Source: a virus | Taxonomy: Duplodnaviria; Caudoviricetes | Virus record (IMG/VR): IMGVR_UViG_3300042319_001750 | Coordinates: 1-56,444 of that record | Strand: one strand, 5' to 3' | Length of the DNA stretch: 56,444 bases | Shown: piece after piece, positions 1 through 8,876 of the stretch | How the letters are laid out: each line of letters begins with the position of its first letter | How positions within the stretch are numbered: position 1 is the stretch's first letter | The notes under the pieces: model-generated | The model's input: only the letters and a program-made list of their open reading frames with translations | What the model was told of the DNA's origin: nothing | The model's database searches: none | Translations under genes and position numbers: made by a program

Positions 1-13
1 AGAAGGTCACAAA

Positions 14-38
14 ACCCTTTGCTTCGGAAGGCTATGTT
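14..38 (+). promoter_or_regulatory. conserved early motif ACCCTTTGCTTCG, copy 1, followed by TATGTT
   Basis: Same 13-mer occurs at 1300 and 3491, each upstream of a transcription unit. Confidence 0.5.
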
Positions 39-78
39 GTCGGCAATGAAGCTGACACAACCCAAACCAAACACGAAA

Positions 79-609
79 ATGAAAAACACCACGACATCCG
101 CCACATCATCCGCCACATCATCCGCCACATCATCCGCCGCAACCATCGAAGATGGTAACAAGCACCTTACGGCCTTCGCCAAGGCCGCCGAGGTTTACGG
201 CAAAGCCTCCGGCACGTTCAAATCGAAGACCGTCCAGACGGTCCTCGCCCTCCGCGCCGAAGGCTACGATGACAAAGTCATCACCGCCGCGCTCCGTGCC
301 ATCGTTGAGAAGTTCGGCGTTAGCCGTCAACACCTCAACCGTGTGCTCACTGCACCTGCCGCCGAAGGCGGCGCTGGCATGGAGCCAGAGCGCAAACACG
401 AGAAAAGTGGAGCCAAGTCGGTCAAAGCTGAGCTTGGTGCCGCTGCCGCCAAAGGCGGCGTGACGGTCAAGATCGGCGATGCTCACTCGCTGTTCGCCGC
501 CCTGCTCGCCGAATTCGAAGGCAAGCACGCCAAGATCATGGTCTTGGCTGAGAAGCTCAATGAGCTTGCCTCGCAGGGCATGGAGAAGGCAGCTAAAGCT
601 GCCAAGTAA
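79..609 (+). CDS. Lys/Ala-rich putative HTH DNA-binding protein (first early gene)
   Basis: ATG at 79 after an AC-rich leader; HTH-like segment IVEKFGVSRQHLNRVL; has its own terminator. Confidence 0.6.
   Translation: MKNTTTSATSSATSSATSSAATIEDGNKHLTAFAKAAEVYGKASGTFKSKTVQTVLALRAEGYDDKVITAALRAIVEKFGVSRQHLNRVLTAPAAEGGAGMEPERKHEKSGAKSVKAELGAAAAKGGVTVKIGDAHSLFAALLAEFEGKHAKIMVLAEKLNELASQGMEKAAKAAK
95..138 (+). repeat. 12-bp tandem repeat CATCCGCCACAT x3.7 (SATS repeats)
   Basis: Direct reading. Confidence 0.95.
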
Positions 610-631
610 GGCGCAGCGCAACGTCACCCAC

Positions 632-662
632 GGGGCATCTCTTCGGAGATGCCCCTTTTTTT
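632..662 (+). terminator. intrinsic terminator
   Basis: GGGGCATCTC-TTCG-GAGATGCCCC followed by T7. Confidence 0.95.
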
Positions 663-689
663 GTGCCCTGATCTCAAGACAGGGCGAGC

Positions 690-710
690 CTTGGAACCTC
701 AGGTTCTAAG
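690..710. repeat. 21-bp palindrome copy 1
   Basis: CTTGGAACCTCAGGTTCTAAG. Confidence 0.95.
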
Positions 711-763
711 CCTCACACCATGCGGCACATGATGCGCCGCGTCACAATCCCCCAGCCTCAACC

Positions 764-784
764 CTTGGAACCTCAGGTTCTAAG
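764..784. repeat. 21-bp palindrome copy 2
   Basis: CTTGGAACCTCAGGTTCTAAG. Confidence 0.95.
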
Positions 785-825
785 CCCCCTACGAAGTAGA
801 AACCCCGCAACCCACCCACCCACCT

Positions 826-1257
826 ATGACACCCGCCAATCCCCCGCCCACCGTGCATTGCTCCTGCGGAGCTGAAACCATCCTCGACCATTGCCCCTTC
901 TGCGGGTCTCAGTCGCTCTCCCCCAGCCGCTGCCGCCCCATGAATGCCGCTACCGCAGCGGCTTCGACCATCTCCGACCTCGCCCCCCGCGCGTGGGAAC
1001 TGCTCACGAATCGAGGCTATGCCTCCCGCGCTGCTAAGCGCATCATCCAACGCCGCCTTCGGCGTGAGGGCTACCGGTTCTTCATCGCGTTGCCTGACGA
1101 AGGCCCGGCTCGATGGGGCATCCTGTCCCCCGGCGCGGGAATTCCCCGGCCTGAGGACGAGTTCTACTACGTTGGGGTGAGCCTCAACCACTGTGCCCAT
1201 CAGATGGGCAACGACAACGCCACCATCGGCTGGAAAGACTTCTGGAACTGGGACTGA
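826..1257 (+). CDS. hypothetical protein (Cys-rich N-terminus; start could be 940)
   Basis: ORF lies between palindromes 2 and 3; AC-rich leader. Confidence 0.6.
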   Translation: MTPANPPPTVHCSCGAETILDHCPFCGSQSLSPSRCRPMNAATAAASTISDLAPRAWELLTNRGYASRAAKRIIQRRLRREGYRFFIALPDEGPARWGILSPGAGIPRPEDEFYYVGVSLNHCAHQMGNDNATIGWKDFWNWD

Positions 1258-1259
1258 GC

Positions 1260-1280
1260 CTTGGAACCTGAGGTTCTAAG
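1260..1280. repeat. 21-bp palindrome copy 3
   Basis: CTTGGAACCTGAGGTTCTAAG, 2 bp after a stop codon. Confidence 0.95.
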
Positions 1281-1299
1281 CTCCTCCCGCGCTGCGTTG

Positions 1300-1322
1300 A
1301 CCCTTTGCTTCGCAGTAGTATT
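1300..1322 (+). promoter_or_regulatory. conserved early motif copy 2
   Basis: ACCCTTTGCTTCGCAGTAGTATT, identical to 3491-3513. Confidence 0.6.
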
Positions 1323-1368
1323 TCGATGGATGAACCATCACCCCAAACAACCCCACCGACAACACCCC

Positions 1369-1692
1369 ATGCAAACGACCGCCCACTACACCGCCCACTA
1401 CACCGCCGGACCAAAGAACACCCTGACCGTCGTCCGCGACGAACCCCGCCGGACCATCGCCGTTCTCGTCGTCGATGACGAGGTGGAAGCCCGTCAAATC
1501 GCCGCTGAGGTCGGCGCGAAGTTCTCGACCGACCCTCAACCCGCAACCGGACCCTCGCCCGAAGCCGTCGCAGCGTGGCGTCAACTCCGCGATGAGACCC
1601 CTCTCAGGTCATACCCGACCAGAGTCACGGACAACCGCGCGGCATACCGCCGCAAGCAACTGGGTCTCCCGCCCCTGCAGCAGACGCATTGA
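1369..1692 (+). CDS. hypothetical protein
   Basis: ATG after AC-rich leader; internal TAHY duplication. Confidence 0.65.
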   Translation: MQTTAHYTAHYTAGPKNTLTVVRDEPRRTIAVLVVDDEVEARQIAAEVGAKFSTDPQPATGPSPEAVAAWRQLRDETPLRSYPTRVTDNRAAYRRKQLGLPPLQQTH

Positions 1693-1694
1693 CC

Positions 1695-1715
1695 CTTAGA
1701 ACCTCAGGTTCCAAC
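1695..1715. repeat. 21-bp palindrome copy 4
   Basis: CTTAGAACCTCAGGTTCCAAC. Confidence 0.95.
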
Positions 1716-1742
1716 CCAGCAACCCAACAACCCAGCAACAAC

Positions 1743-1946
1743 ATGACCATCGAACGTATCTCCGATCTCACCGGACACCACCACACCCGTGACATCAACG
1801 TCACCGAAGCCCAGATCAAATGCTGGGCCGAGGGCGCACTCATCCAAGACGCCATGCCCCACCTGTCGGATGACGACAGGGAGTTCCTCATGTCAGGCAT
1901 CACCCCCGAGGAGTGGGAAACCCTCGACGAATACCCATTCCCTTAG
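1743..1946 (+). CDS. small conserved phage protein
   Basis: IQDAMPHLS..DREFLMSGITPEEW pattern recalled from small phage proteins; stop lies inside palindrome 5. Confidence 0.75.
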   Translation: MTIERISDLTGHHHTRDINVTEAQIKCWAEGALIQDAMPHLSDDDREFLMSGITPEEWETLDEYPFP

Positions 1947-1962
1947 AACCTCAGGTTCCAAC
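1942..1962. repeat. 21-bp palindrome copy 5
   Basis: CTTAGAACCTCAGGTTCCAAC; supplies the TAG stop. Confidence 0.95.
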
Positions 1963-2008
1963 CCAGCAACCCCGCAACCCAGCAACCCCCTAACACCCAC
2001 CCACATAT

Positions 2009-2230
2009 ATGAGCACCCCACGATACGACCAAGCAGTTCACCTCGCCGCTACCCATCTCCTCTCCGACCTGCCCTACAAGGCAACGGCGGAGGAAATCTT
2101 CGAGGCTCTCGACCGCCCCGAACTCCCGCCCGGATATGAGATGTGCGACGCCGTCAACCTGCCGCAGGAGGAACTCCGCGAGTGGATCGAGAACCTCGCC
2201 CGAGACTTCATGGAATTCGCCCATGAATAA
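2009..2230 (+). CDS. hypothetical acidic protein
   Basis: ORF with AC-rich leader. Confidence 0.7.
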   Translation: MSTPRYDQAVHLAATHLLSDLPYKATAEEIFEALDRPELPPGYEMCDAVNLPQEELREWIENLARDFMEFAHE

Positions 2231-2290
2231 CCCCTTTCCCCGCGTATAGCGGGGCGAAACCCAAACCCAAACCCAAACCCAAACGACAAC

Positions 2291-2809
2291 ATGAAACCAA
2301 AATCCAAATCCAAGTCCATCTCCACGCTCCCCCTCGTCCTCCCTACGCCGCCTTCAGGGGCGGCGGCCATCAAGGCTGTGACCCCACCCATCAAGCAGGC
2401 TGACCTGATCGAAGCTCTCGTAGCTCGGGCTCGCCAGAAGCACCGTGCTGCTGGAGCGGCTGCGGCGGAGGCTGCGGCGGCTGCGGAGGCCATCTTCAAG
2501 GACGCACTGATCGAGCTCTTTCGGCAGGAGCCTGAGAACTTTAGTATCATCTGCAGCGCCATGGTCGGTCAGGGTCGGCTCCAGCTAGACGTGGGGACTC
2601 TTTCCCCTGACCTCAAAAAGCTGCGCAGTGCCTGCCACGTCCCCGGCCCCGGCTACTGGGACGAGAAGCGCGTCCGCGCTGAGATCAAGGAGGGGCTCAA
2701 TGGGCAGGCGTCCCGCGTCGCTGCCATGCTGGGGGACACCCACGTCGTCGGCCTCCTCGACGATACCCTTGACGCCTTGAAAAACGCTGCCAAGAAACTC
2801 TCTGCTTAG
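2291..2809 (+). CDS. hypothetical protein
   Basis: ORF; stop lies inside palindrome 6. Confidence 0.75.
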   Translation: MKPKSKSKSISTLPLVLPTPPSGAAAIKAVTPPIKQADLIEALVARARQKHRAAGAAAAEAAAAAEAIFKDALIELFRQEPENFSIICSAMVGQGRLQLDVGTLSPDLKKLRSACHVPGPGYWDEKRVRAEIKEGLNGQASRVAAMLGDTHVVGLLDDTLDALKNAAKKLSA

Positions 2810-2826
2810 AACCTGAGGTTCTAAGC
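2804..2826. repeat. palindrome copy 6 (perfect 11-1-11)
   Basis: GCTTAGAACCT-G-AGGTTCTAAGC. Confidence 0.95.
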
Positions 2827-2850
2827 CCTGAAACCCAAACGACAACGATA

Positions 2851-3474
2851 ATGAAACCAAATCCATCCATCAAACCACTCAGCCCGTCCCAAGCGACGGA
2901 GCACCCACGTTACTCCGCTGCCATCACCCAAGCGGCGGCCCACTTCCTGTCCACCGTGCCTGAAAAGCTCGATGGGCGGCGGCTCCTCGCCATTCTGTCC
3001 TTCGGGTCGAAGGAGGACATCGCAAAGGCGGGCATCCGCCTCTGGGACAGCGTTCCCGTTGCCCGTGATGCCTCCCGCCGCATTGACGTCCTCGCCCGCC
3101 ACATGCTGGCGGTTGAGGAACACAACAACTCCAAGGATGCTGTCACCGCTTGCGACTGCCCCTTGGAGGCTGCCATCATGAAGTCCGGCATCCCGATGCC
3201 TCCGAAGGAGGTTCTCGACGCCATCCGCGAGATAGCTGCCATCAAAGGCAACAGTAAAGTGGAGATCACCTTTGACGATGTGCTCCTCGACGACTCGCTC
3301 GTGGATGACGACCACGGGCTCCCGATGGGGTGCTTCATTGCGCTCCAGAAAAGCATGCCCGGCACCCGCGTGGTGCAAGGCAAGGTGATCTCCACCCCGA
3401 AGCTCCCCGTGAGCATAGCGCAGGAGATTCTCGACGCTACCCTCGCCGAAGCTAAGAGAATCGGGCTCATGTGA
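2851..3474 (+). CDS. hypothetical protein
   Basis: ORF with CCCAAACGACAAC leader. Confidence 0.75.
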   Translation: MKPNPSIKPLSPSQATEHPRYSAAITQAAAHFLSTVPEKLDGRRLLAILSFGSKEDIAKAGIRLWDSVPVARDASRRIDVLARHMLAVEEHNNSKDAVTACDCPLEAAIMKSGIPMPPKEVLDAIREIAAIKGNSKVEITFDDVLLDDSLVDDDHGLPMGCFIALQKSMPGTRVVQGKVISTPKLPVSIAQEILDATLAEAKRIGLM

Positions 3475-3490
3475 TGCCCTCACACGTTGG

Positions 3491-3513
3491 ACCCTTTGCT
3501 TCGCAGTAGTATT
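3491..3513 (+). promoter_or_regulatory. conserved early motif copy 3
   Basis: Identical 23-mer to 1300-1322. Confidence 0.6.
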
Positions 3514-3626
3514 GGTGGCGGCGGTGAATGACCTGCCGCCGTCACCAACCCACCAATTTCCCTCGTGTTGGGAATAGGGTGGGTCGGGATGTGGATGACC
3601 TGTTATGTCTCCGCGTCCCGACCCTA
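3514..3626 (+). ncRNA. putative structured RNA or 5' leader (three hairpins)
   Basis: Stems at 3514-3546, 3548-3584 and 3581-3624 in a 270-bp intergenic gap. Confidence 0.4.
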
Positions 3627-3668
3627 ACACCCTGATTCCCTCACACCCAAAAGCCTTTCGGCTCGGTG

Positions 3669-3689
3669 CTTAGAACCTGAGGTTCCAAG
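3669..3689. repeat. 21-bp palindrome copy 7
   Basis: CTTAGAACCTGAGGTTCCAAG, exact reverse complement of copies 1 and 2. Confidence 0.95.
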
Positions 3690-3743
3690 CCCTGCCGATA
3701 CCCAAAAACAAAAACAAAAACCCAACACCCAAACGATAACAAC

Positions 3744-5330
3744 ATGGCTACCATCCCACAACTCGACCCGTCCAAAGCAACCCGCGAAGAAATGCGGACT
3801 TGGATTTCCGCCTCCGCCCGCACCATCGCCACTCACCAGAGCGGCTCGCCCACCATCACCTCGCTCCGTGAGGTGATGAAGTCCGTCGGCTTCGCCTCCC
3901 TCTCCGCCGTCATCGCGGAGGGCACCATGGAATCCCTCCGCACCTGCGTCACCAAGATGCACGATGTGGCCAAGGGGCACGGCCTGCTGGACTCGGAGCC
4001 CGCCGCTGCTTCCTGCCCGCCGCTCCCGCCGCTCCCGCCTCCGGCACCGCTTCCTGCCCCGCCGGAGCGCATTACCGTCATCCTCGACGAGGTTGACGGC
4101 CTTGACGAGGCTTCCCGCCTCGCTGACGTGGCTGCCGACTTCGCTCGTCGTGCTGCTGATGCCGCCGCTCGTGCCGCTGCTACTCCCCGCGCTGCAGGTA
4201 TGTCGGCCGCCGATCTCGAACGTCTCGACAAGGTGGAGTCGATGGCTTCCGCAACCCTTGACGCCCTGCGCGGCGAGGCTTCCAAGATCACCGACCTTCA
4301 GGAGAAGTTCGCCCCGCTGGCTGCCGTCCTTGATGCCCTCAAGTCCTCCTCGGGCGGACCACCCACCCTGCCACCCGCTGCCATCGCCTCCATCAAGGCT
4401 GCGACCTCGGGCGACAGGCTCCTGACGGAGGTGCTGCCGTTCTTCACGCCGGGCATCCAGCAGGGCAACCAGATTCCCTGCGTTGCCAGCCCGCCCAGCT
4501 TCGGAAAGACGTTCATGTCGGACGAAATCAGCCGTCTCTACGACGGCAGCTTTTTCCACCCGTTCAAGGACTCCCTCGACGAGGTTGACAGCCTCGTGGG
4601 CACCCTGATGCCCCGCTCGGATGGCACCTTCGCCGTCATCGACGGCCCGCTGGTGAGCGCCGCCCGCCTTGCCAGCACCGGCGTCAACACCCTCTTCGTG
4701 GGAGATGAAATCTTCAACGCCAGTAAGAAGACGCTGGAGTGGATGCAGTCCTTCCTCTCGCCGCGTCTCGTGGAGTTCGTCAACCCTGACGACGGCACCA
4801 CCGGTCTCCGGCGCTGCTTCGTCATTCAGACCAAGCACAGCTTGGAGGACGGCACGTTCGAGGTCATCAAGGCACCAGAGGAGTGCTTGCACTTCCTGTT
4901 CCTCGGCAACCTGCGCACCAATCCCCCAGAGGCATTGATGTCACGTTGCCGCCTCATGCGCTTCGACTACGACCCAGTGTGGGCTACTGAGACGGCGCTC
5001 CAACGCCTTGAGGGCTACTCCGGCGGTTTGTTCTCCGGCAAGGACGCTCAGGATTGGGCGAAGCGTTGGGCTACGGCGATGACGGCTACTCGCGAGGCTT
5101 ACTCCAAGATGGAGGTCAGCCGCCCGCTGTGCTTCCGCTTCCTCATCGGGGCTGTCACCCACGTTGTCCGCCAGCCGGGTGCCTCGCTCAGCATGCTCTC
5201 CGAGTATGTGGCCAAGTGGGCTCCCCATCAGATCGCCGTGCAGAATGCGGCGACCCAAGACACGGACGCTACCTCCTCCGCCCTCGTCAAGAAGATCGTC
5301 GGCTCCTGCTTCCCCGGCTCCGTCAAGTAG
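3744..5330 (+). CDS. MoxR/CobS-like AAA+ ATPase
   Basis: Walker A SPPSFGKT, Walker B LFVGDE, sensor LGN, arginine finger ALMSR; followed by peptidase and vWA genes. Confidence 0.8.
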   Translation: MATIPQLDPSKATREEMRTWISASARTIATHQSGSPTITSLREVMKSVGFASLSAVIAEGTMESLRTCVTKMHDVAKGHGLLDSEPAAASCPPLPPLPPPAPLPAPPERITVILDEVDGLDEASRLADVAADFARRAADAAARAAATPRAAGMSAADLERLDKVESMASATLDALRGEASKITDLQEKFAPLAAVLDALKSSSGGPPTLPPAAIASIKAATSGDRLLTEVLPFFTPGIQQGNQIPCVASPPSFGKTFMSDEISRLYDGSFFHPFKDSLDEVDSLVGTLMPRSDGTFAVIDGPLVSAARLASTGVNTLFVGDEIFNASKKTLEWMQSFLSPRLVEFVNPDDGTTGLRRCFVIQTKHSLEDGTFEVIKAPEECLHFLFLGNLRTNPPEALMSRCRLMRFDYDPVWATETALQRLEGYSGGLFSGKDAQDWAKRWATAMTATREAYSKMEVSRPLCFRFLIGAVTHVVRQPGASLSMLSEYVAKWAPHQIAVQNAATQDTDATSSALVKKIVGSCFPGSVK

Positions 5331-5340
5331 TCCCCTTCGG

Positions 5341-5373
5341 GGAGGGCTTGGAACTTCAGGTTCTAAGCCCTCC
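5341..5373. repeat. palindrome copy 8, extended 13-7-13 form
   Basis: GGAGGGCTTGGAA-CTTCAGG-TTCTAAGCCCTCC. Confidence 0.95.
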
Positions 5374-5403
5374 TCCCCTCAACCCCTTAATCCCTGCAAC
5401 ACT

Positions 5404-6510
5404 ATGACACCGACACCAACACCACCCACACAGATCACCACCCCTGAGTCCGACCGTGCTTTCCGCTTCTCACGGCGGCGTGAAACCCGCAAGCCTGACG
5501 GCACTGTCCGTCAACGTGCTGGCTGCCTCAATCACCTCGCTGTCAAGACGGCCAGTCCCGTTACCTACCTGCTGACCTCCAAGTGCGGCGCACCTACCGC
5601 CTCGTGGCAGTGGAAAGCTGTGGGTGCAGGCTCACGCCACATCATTGAGGTGAACCCCAACTGCGCGACCGTGTTCTTCGCCGAGGCTAAGAACAACTCC
5701 AAGCGGCGCATCGAACTCGTCAAAGCGGTCATCGCTCACGAGTCCTGTCACGGACTCTACACCTCCCGCTCTCCCGACATCCCTCGCGCTTGCCACATCG
5801 TCAAGGTTCCGTTCCGATTGCTCAACCTCTTCGAGGACTGCCGCATCGAACACAAGTATGTGAAGGAGCGCGGGAAGGAGTTCAAGTTCCGCTGGCGTCT
5901 GTTCGACGACAACATGGTCAAGGCTGGCGCAGAAGTCAGCTCCCCGATGACGTGGCTCTACACCATGAAGACTCGTGAGCCTGCCTTGTTCAAGACGCTG
6001 CCCTCCGTCATGGCGGGATTTAAGTGGACAGGCACGGACAGTATGGCGCTACCCTCCGTGGCATACGTCCACCCGCTCAAGCCGATAGAGGGGCGGCTGA
6101 CCTACATCCCTTCCCTCATCAACGTCTTTTACAGAGCGATCATCGACGCCGCCACCACTGAGGATTTGATCCCCCTCGCCCGCTACTGGACGGACATCTT
6201 TGGTAAGGAGTCCGCCTCTGACCTCCCGCCCATCATCGTTGACACGGTGTCGTCAGATATTGGAGGTGTCCCCGAACCTGCTGGAGTTGATTCGGGGGAG
6301 TCGTCCGACGCTGATCGAACGACCCGCGAGGTTGACCACCGAGCTCTCGAAGAACACGGCGGCGGCGACCCCACTGACAAGCGGGCGATGCTGACCCCCG
6401 ACAAGGTGATGCACCACAACACTGACAAGTTCGTGAAGCAGCTTCCACGCGCTGGCTTCATCCCCCTCCTCCGCTACTGCGTTGGATTTGACAGCGACAC
6501 TTCCGTCTAA
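5404..6510 (+). CDS. HExxH metallopeptidase-like protein (CobT N-terminal-like partner of MoxR/vWA)
   Basis: IAHESCHGLY and LLNLFEDCRIE motifs. Confidence 0.75.
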   Translation: MTPTPTPPTQITTPESDRAFRFSRRRETRKPDGTVRQRAGCLNHLAVKTASPVTYLLTSKCGAPTASWQWKAVGAGSRHIIEVNPNCATVFFAEAKNNSKRRIELVKAVIAHESCHGLYTSRSPDIPRACHIVKVPFRLLNLFEDCRIEHKYVKERGKEFKFRWRLFDDNMVKAGAEVSSPMTWLYTMKTREPALFKTLPSVMAGFKWTGTDSMALPSVAYVHPLKPIEGRLTYIPSLINVFYRAIIDAATTEDLIPLARYWTDIFGKESASDLPPIIVDTVSSDIGGVPEPAGVDSGESSDADRTTREVDHRALEEHGGGDPTDKRAMLTPDKVMHHNTDKFVKQLPRAGFIPLLRYCVGFDSDTSV

Positions 6511-6531
6511 CAACCCACCCACTACAACGAT

Positions 6532-7275
6532 ATGCCTAAACTCACTCCAATACTCTCTCCCGCATACTGGAAACCCACTCTCGCCCAGCGCGTCACCAAC
6601 GGATTCGCCTCCGTCATGGAGCAAGCTGAACCTGCCTCCGCTGATCCCGCACCCTCCGGCTCACGCCTCAACCACCGCGCCATCTTCACCCACAACTACG
6701 GCTCCGCATTCCTGCAGCCGTCAGCCGTTGACGGGACTCGCCGCATCCTCCTCATCGTGGACTTTAGCGGCTCCATGTCAGGCATGTGGTGCAGCCAAGG
6801 CGGCTCCGAGTTTGTCTGGGGGCTGATGCAGTTTGCCCGACAAGGCGGATGCCACCTCAAGGTCGTGCTCACTGGGCACGAGAAAGGTCCCGCTGAGCTT
6901 CCCGTTGACACCCCCTTCGAGGTGTTTGCCAGCCTAGCCCCTATGTTCTCGCAGGAAGCATTCGCTGCCACCATGCTCCGCCCACTCGTCGGTGAGATGA
7001 TGGAGGAGTCGGACATCACCATCTGCTGGACGGACGGGCAGTTGACCGATGGCTACGTTGACGCTATCCGCTGGCGTGAGAAGAACATCAACGTCATCGG
7101 TGCCTGCATCGGGAAAGACTCTGATCGAGCCCACCACCCCACCGGAGGCGTCGTCCCTCTGCGGGAAGCGATGCAGGGCTACTTCCACGCTGCCTTCCTC
7201 GACACCGACGCGGCTCGCATCTCGACGCAGATGGCAACATGGATTGCTTCTTGCCCACTGCGTGACCTCCAGTAA
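6532..7275 (+). CDS. von Willebrand factor A domain protein
   Basis: MIDAS motif LIVDFSGSM and WTDG. Confidence 0.8.
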   Translation: MPKLTPILSPAYWKPTLAQRVTNGFASVMEQAEPASADPAPSGSRLNHRAIFTHNYGSAFLQPSAVDGTRRILLIVDFSGSMSGMWCSQGGSEFVWGLMQFARQGGCHLKVVLTGHEKGPAELPVDTPFEVFASLAPMFSQEAFAATMLRPLVGEMMEESDITICWTDGQLTDGYVDAIRWREKNINVIGACIGKDSDRAHHPTGGVVPLREAMQGYFHAAFLDTDAARISTQMATWIASCPLRDLQ

Positions 7276-7284
7276 CAACCCTTC

Positions 7285-7317
7285 GGAGGGCTTAGAACTT
7301 CAGGTTCCAAGCCCTCC
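7285..7317. repeat. palindrome copy 9, extended
   Basis: GGAGGGCTTAGAA-CTTCAGG-TTCCAAGCCCTCC. Confidence 0.95.
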
Positions 7318-7367
7318 ACCCCACCCACCCCGTGAAAGTATTCATCATACCCGCTTCACTCCGCATT

Positions 7368-7652
7368 ATGACCACCAAACAGATACCCCTCGACCGCGCT
7401 AAGGTTACGCTGATCGACAAGCGTAACCCGCTATCCCACATCGTCTGCCTCCTGTGGCAGGACAAGACCCACCACATTGACGACTTCGACCTCAGCCCAT
7501 TGGGTAATGTTGTCGCCGTGCAGGATGATCTGCTCGCCTTCCCGCCTCGCGGATGGGTGACCCTTGATGGTAACTGTCGCCGCCGCACAAGCAGCTACGT
7601 CAAACTCCTCCCCGCCAGACAGCGCCGTAAACGTGCTCTCCCTACCAAATGA
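7368..7652 (+). CDS. hypothetical protein
   Basis: ORF with ATGA overlap to next gene. Confidence 0.55.
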   Translation: MTTKQIPLDRAKVTLIDKRNPLSHIVCLLWQDKTHHIDDFDLSPLGNVVAVQDDLLAFPPRGWVTLDGNCRRRTSSYVKLLPARQRRKRALPTK

Positions 7653-7999
7653 AATCGCCCGAGCAGCTCTACTATTTCGCAGACGAACCCGGCACCAAAT
7701 ACCGGATACTCAAACCCGGTGAACGCACTGGTAAGCACGCCCTCTGCTGGCATAAGTCAGCCATAGTCAAGGGAGGTTTGATCCCAGTAAAGATACCTGC
7801 TTCGCGGGACATGGTCATCCATGAGGATGATGGGAATCACTACTTCACCGTGGCCCATGTTCTCGTCCCACATGAAGCGGTCACCCACTTGCTCGACCTT
7901 TGGTTCGGCAAGTATTCCACCATCTGCGAAGACGGCGAAGAGGCCGCCGCTTGGCAGCAACTCAAGGAAGTCCTCTACCCACCAACAGAACTCGAATAA
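7649..7999 (+). CDS. hypothetical protein
   Basis: ORF in co-oriented string. Confidence 0.65.
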   Translation: MKSPEQLYYFADEPGTKYRILKPGERTGKHALCWHKSAIVKGGLIPVKIPASRDMVIHEDDGNHYFTVAHVLVPHEAVTHLLDLWFGKYSTICEDGEEAAAWQQLKEVLYPPTELE

Positions 8000-8022
8000 T
8001 AACCAACAGCACAAACAAAAAC

Positions 8023-8319
8023 ATGCCAACAATAGACCCTACACTAGCGAGTAAACTCCTCGACCTAATCCCCAAAGCATACTTCGGAAACACCAGCGAC
8101 TATGGCGGTGGCCTGATGGGCTACCACGTTGGCTGGCTCGGCACCATCTGTGTGTATGTCAAGGCTGACAACGTCTTCGACTGGCAAGACATGAGCTTCA
8201 GAGAGCTCACGTCAATGCTTGAAGGGCTCGTCGCCACAAGCGGGTTGCCCGTCAAGGTCAGCCCTGAACCAGAGCTAGTGGGCAAACACTGGCAAGTCTA
8301 CTTCACCATCAACAGCTAA
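8023..8319 (+). CDS. hypothetical protein
   Basis: ATG after A/C-rich leader. Confidence 0.65.
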   Translation: MPTIDPTLASKLLDLIPKAYFGNTSDYGGGLMGYHVGWLGTICVYVKADNVFDWQDMSFRELTSMLEGLVATSGLPVKVSPEPELVGKHWQVYFTINS

Positions 8320-8339
8320 TCACCCCCACCACAACCACA

Positions 8340-8633
8340 ATGAAACGCATCCTCAAAACCACCCCACCCCCGACAGACTTCATCCTTCAAACCCAACTCC
8401 CCGACAATCCCATCATTGGGTTCCAGACCCGTCAAGGTTTGGTGGAGAAAGGCTTCATTCAACAATACATGTATGACCCCAGACAGTGCCTGCTGCGGCT
8501 TGCCCCAATCACGTCGGGTCAACTCTTTCGAGGTTTGCCCGCAGACTTTTGTGTGTGTGTCTTGAACCACCCAGACTTGGACTATTTCCTCTTTGAAACC
8601 GAGAAGGAGCTCCTCCTCTGGCTCGCAGAGTAA
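8340..8633 (+). CDS. hypothetical protein
   Basis: ORF in co-oriented string. Confidence 0.6.
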   Translation: MKRILKTTPPPTDFILQTQLPDNPIIGFQTRQGLVEKGFIQQYMYDPRQCLLRLAPITSGQLFRGLPADFCVCVLNHPDLDYFLFETEKELLLWLAE

Positions 8634-8693
8634 CCAACTCACGGGGGCCGCGCATCCATAACCAACGCGGAACAACAACAGCAATAAACCCAC

Positions 8694-8876
8694 ATGAAAA
8701 AACAGACCGTTGACACCCCCTACAAAGGGTCATGGGCAGATACAATGAAGACGACAGACTGGAAAAAGCTCCAGCCCAAACCAGTCGGAGTCTATGTCAG
8801 GACCATAACGCTAGAAGAATACAGAATGTCTATCGGATTCCCAGCAACCCAGCAACCCAGCAACCCAGCAATATGA
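8694..8876 (+). CDS. hypothetical small protein
   Basis: ORF with ATGA overlap. Confidence 0.5.
   Translation: MKKQTVDTPYKGSWADTMKTTDWKKLQPKPVGVYVRTITLEEYRMSIGFPATQQPSNPAI
8840..8871 (+). repeat. 8-bp tandem repeat CCCAGCAA x4
   Basis: Degenerate versions also at about 1715-1739 and 1962-1987. Confidence 0.9.
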
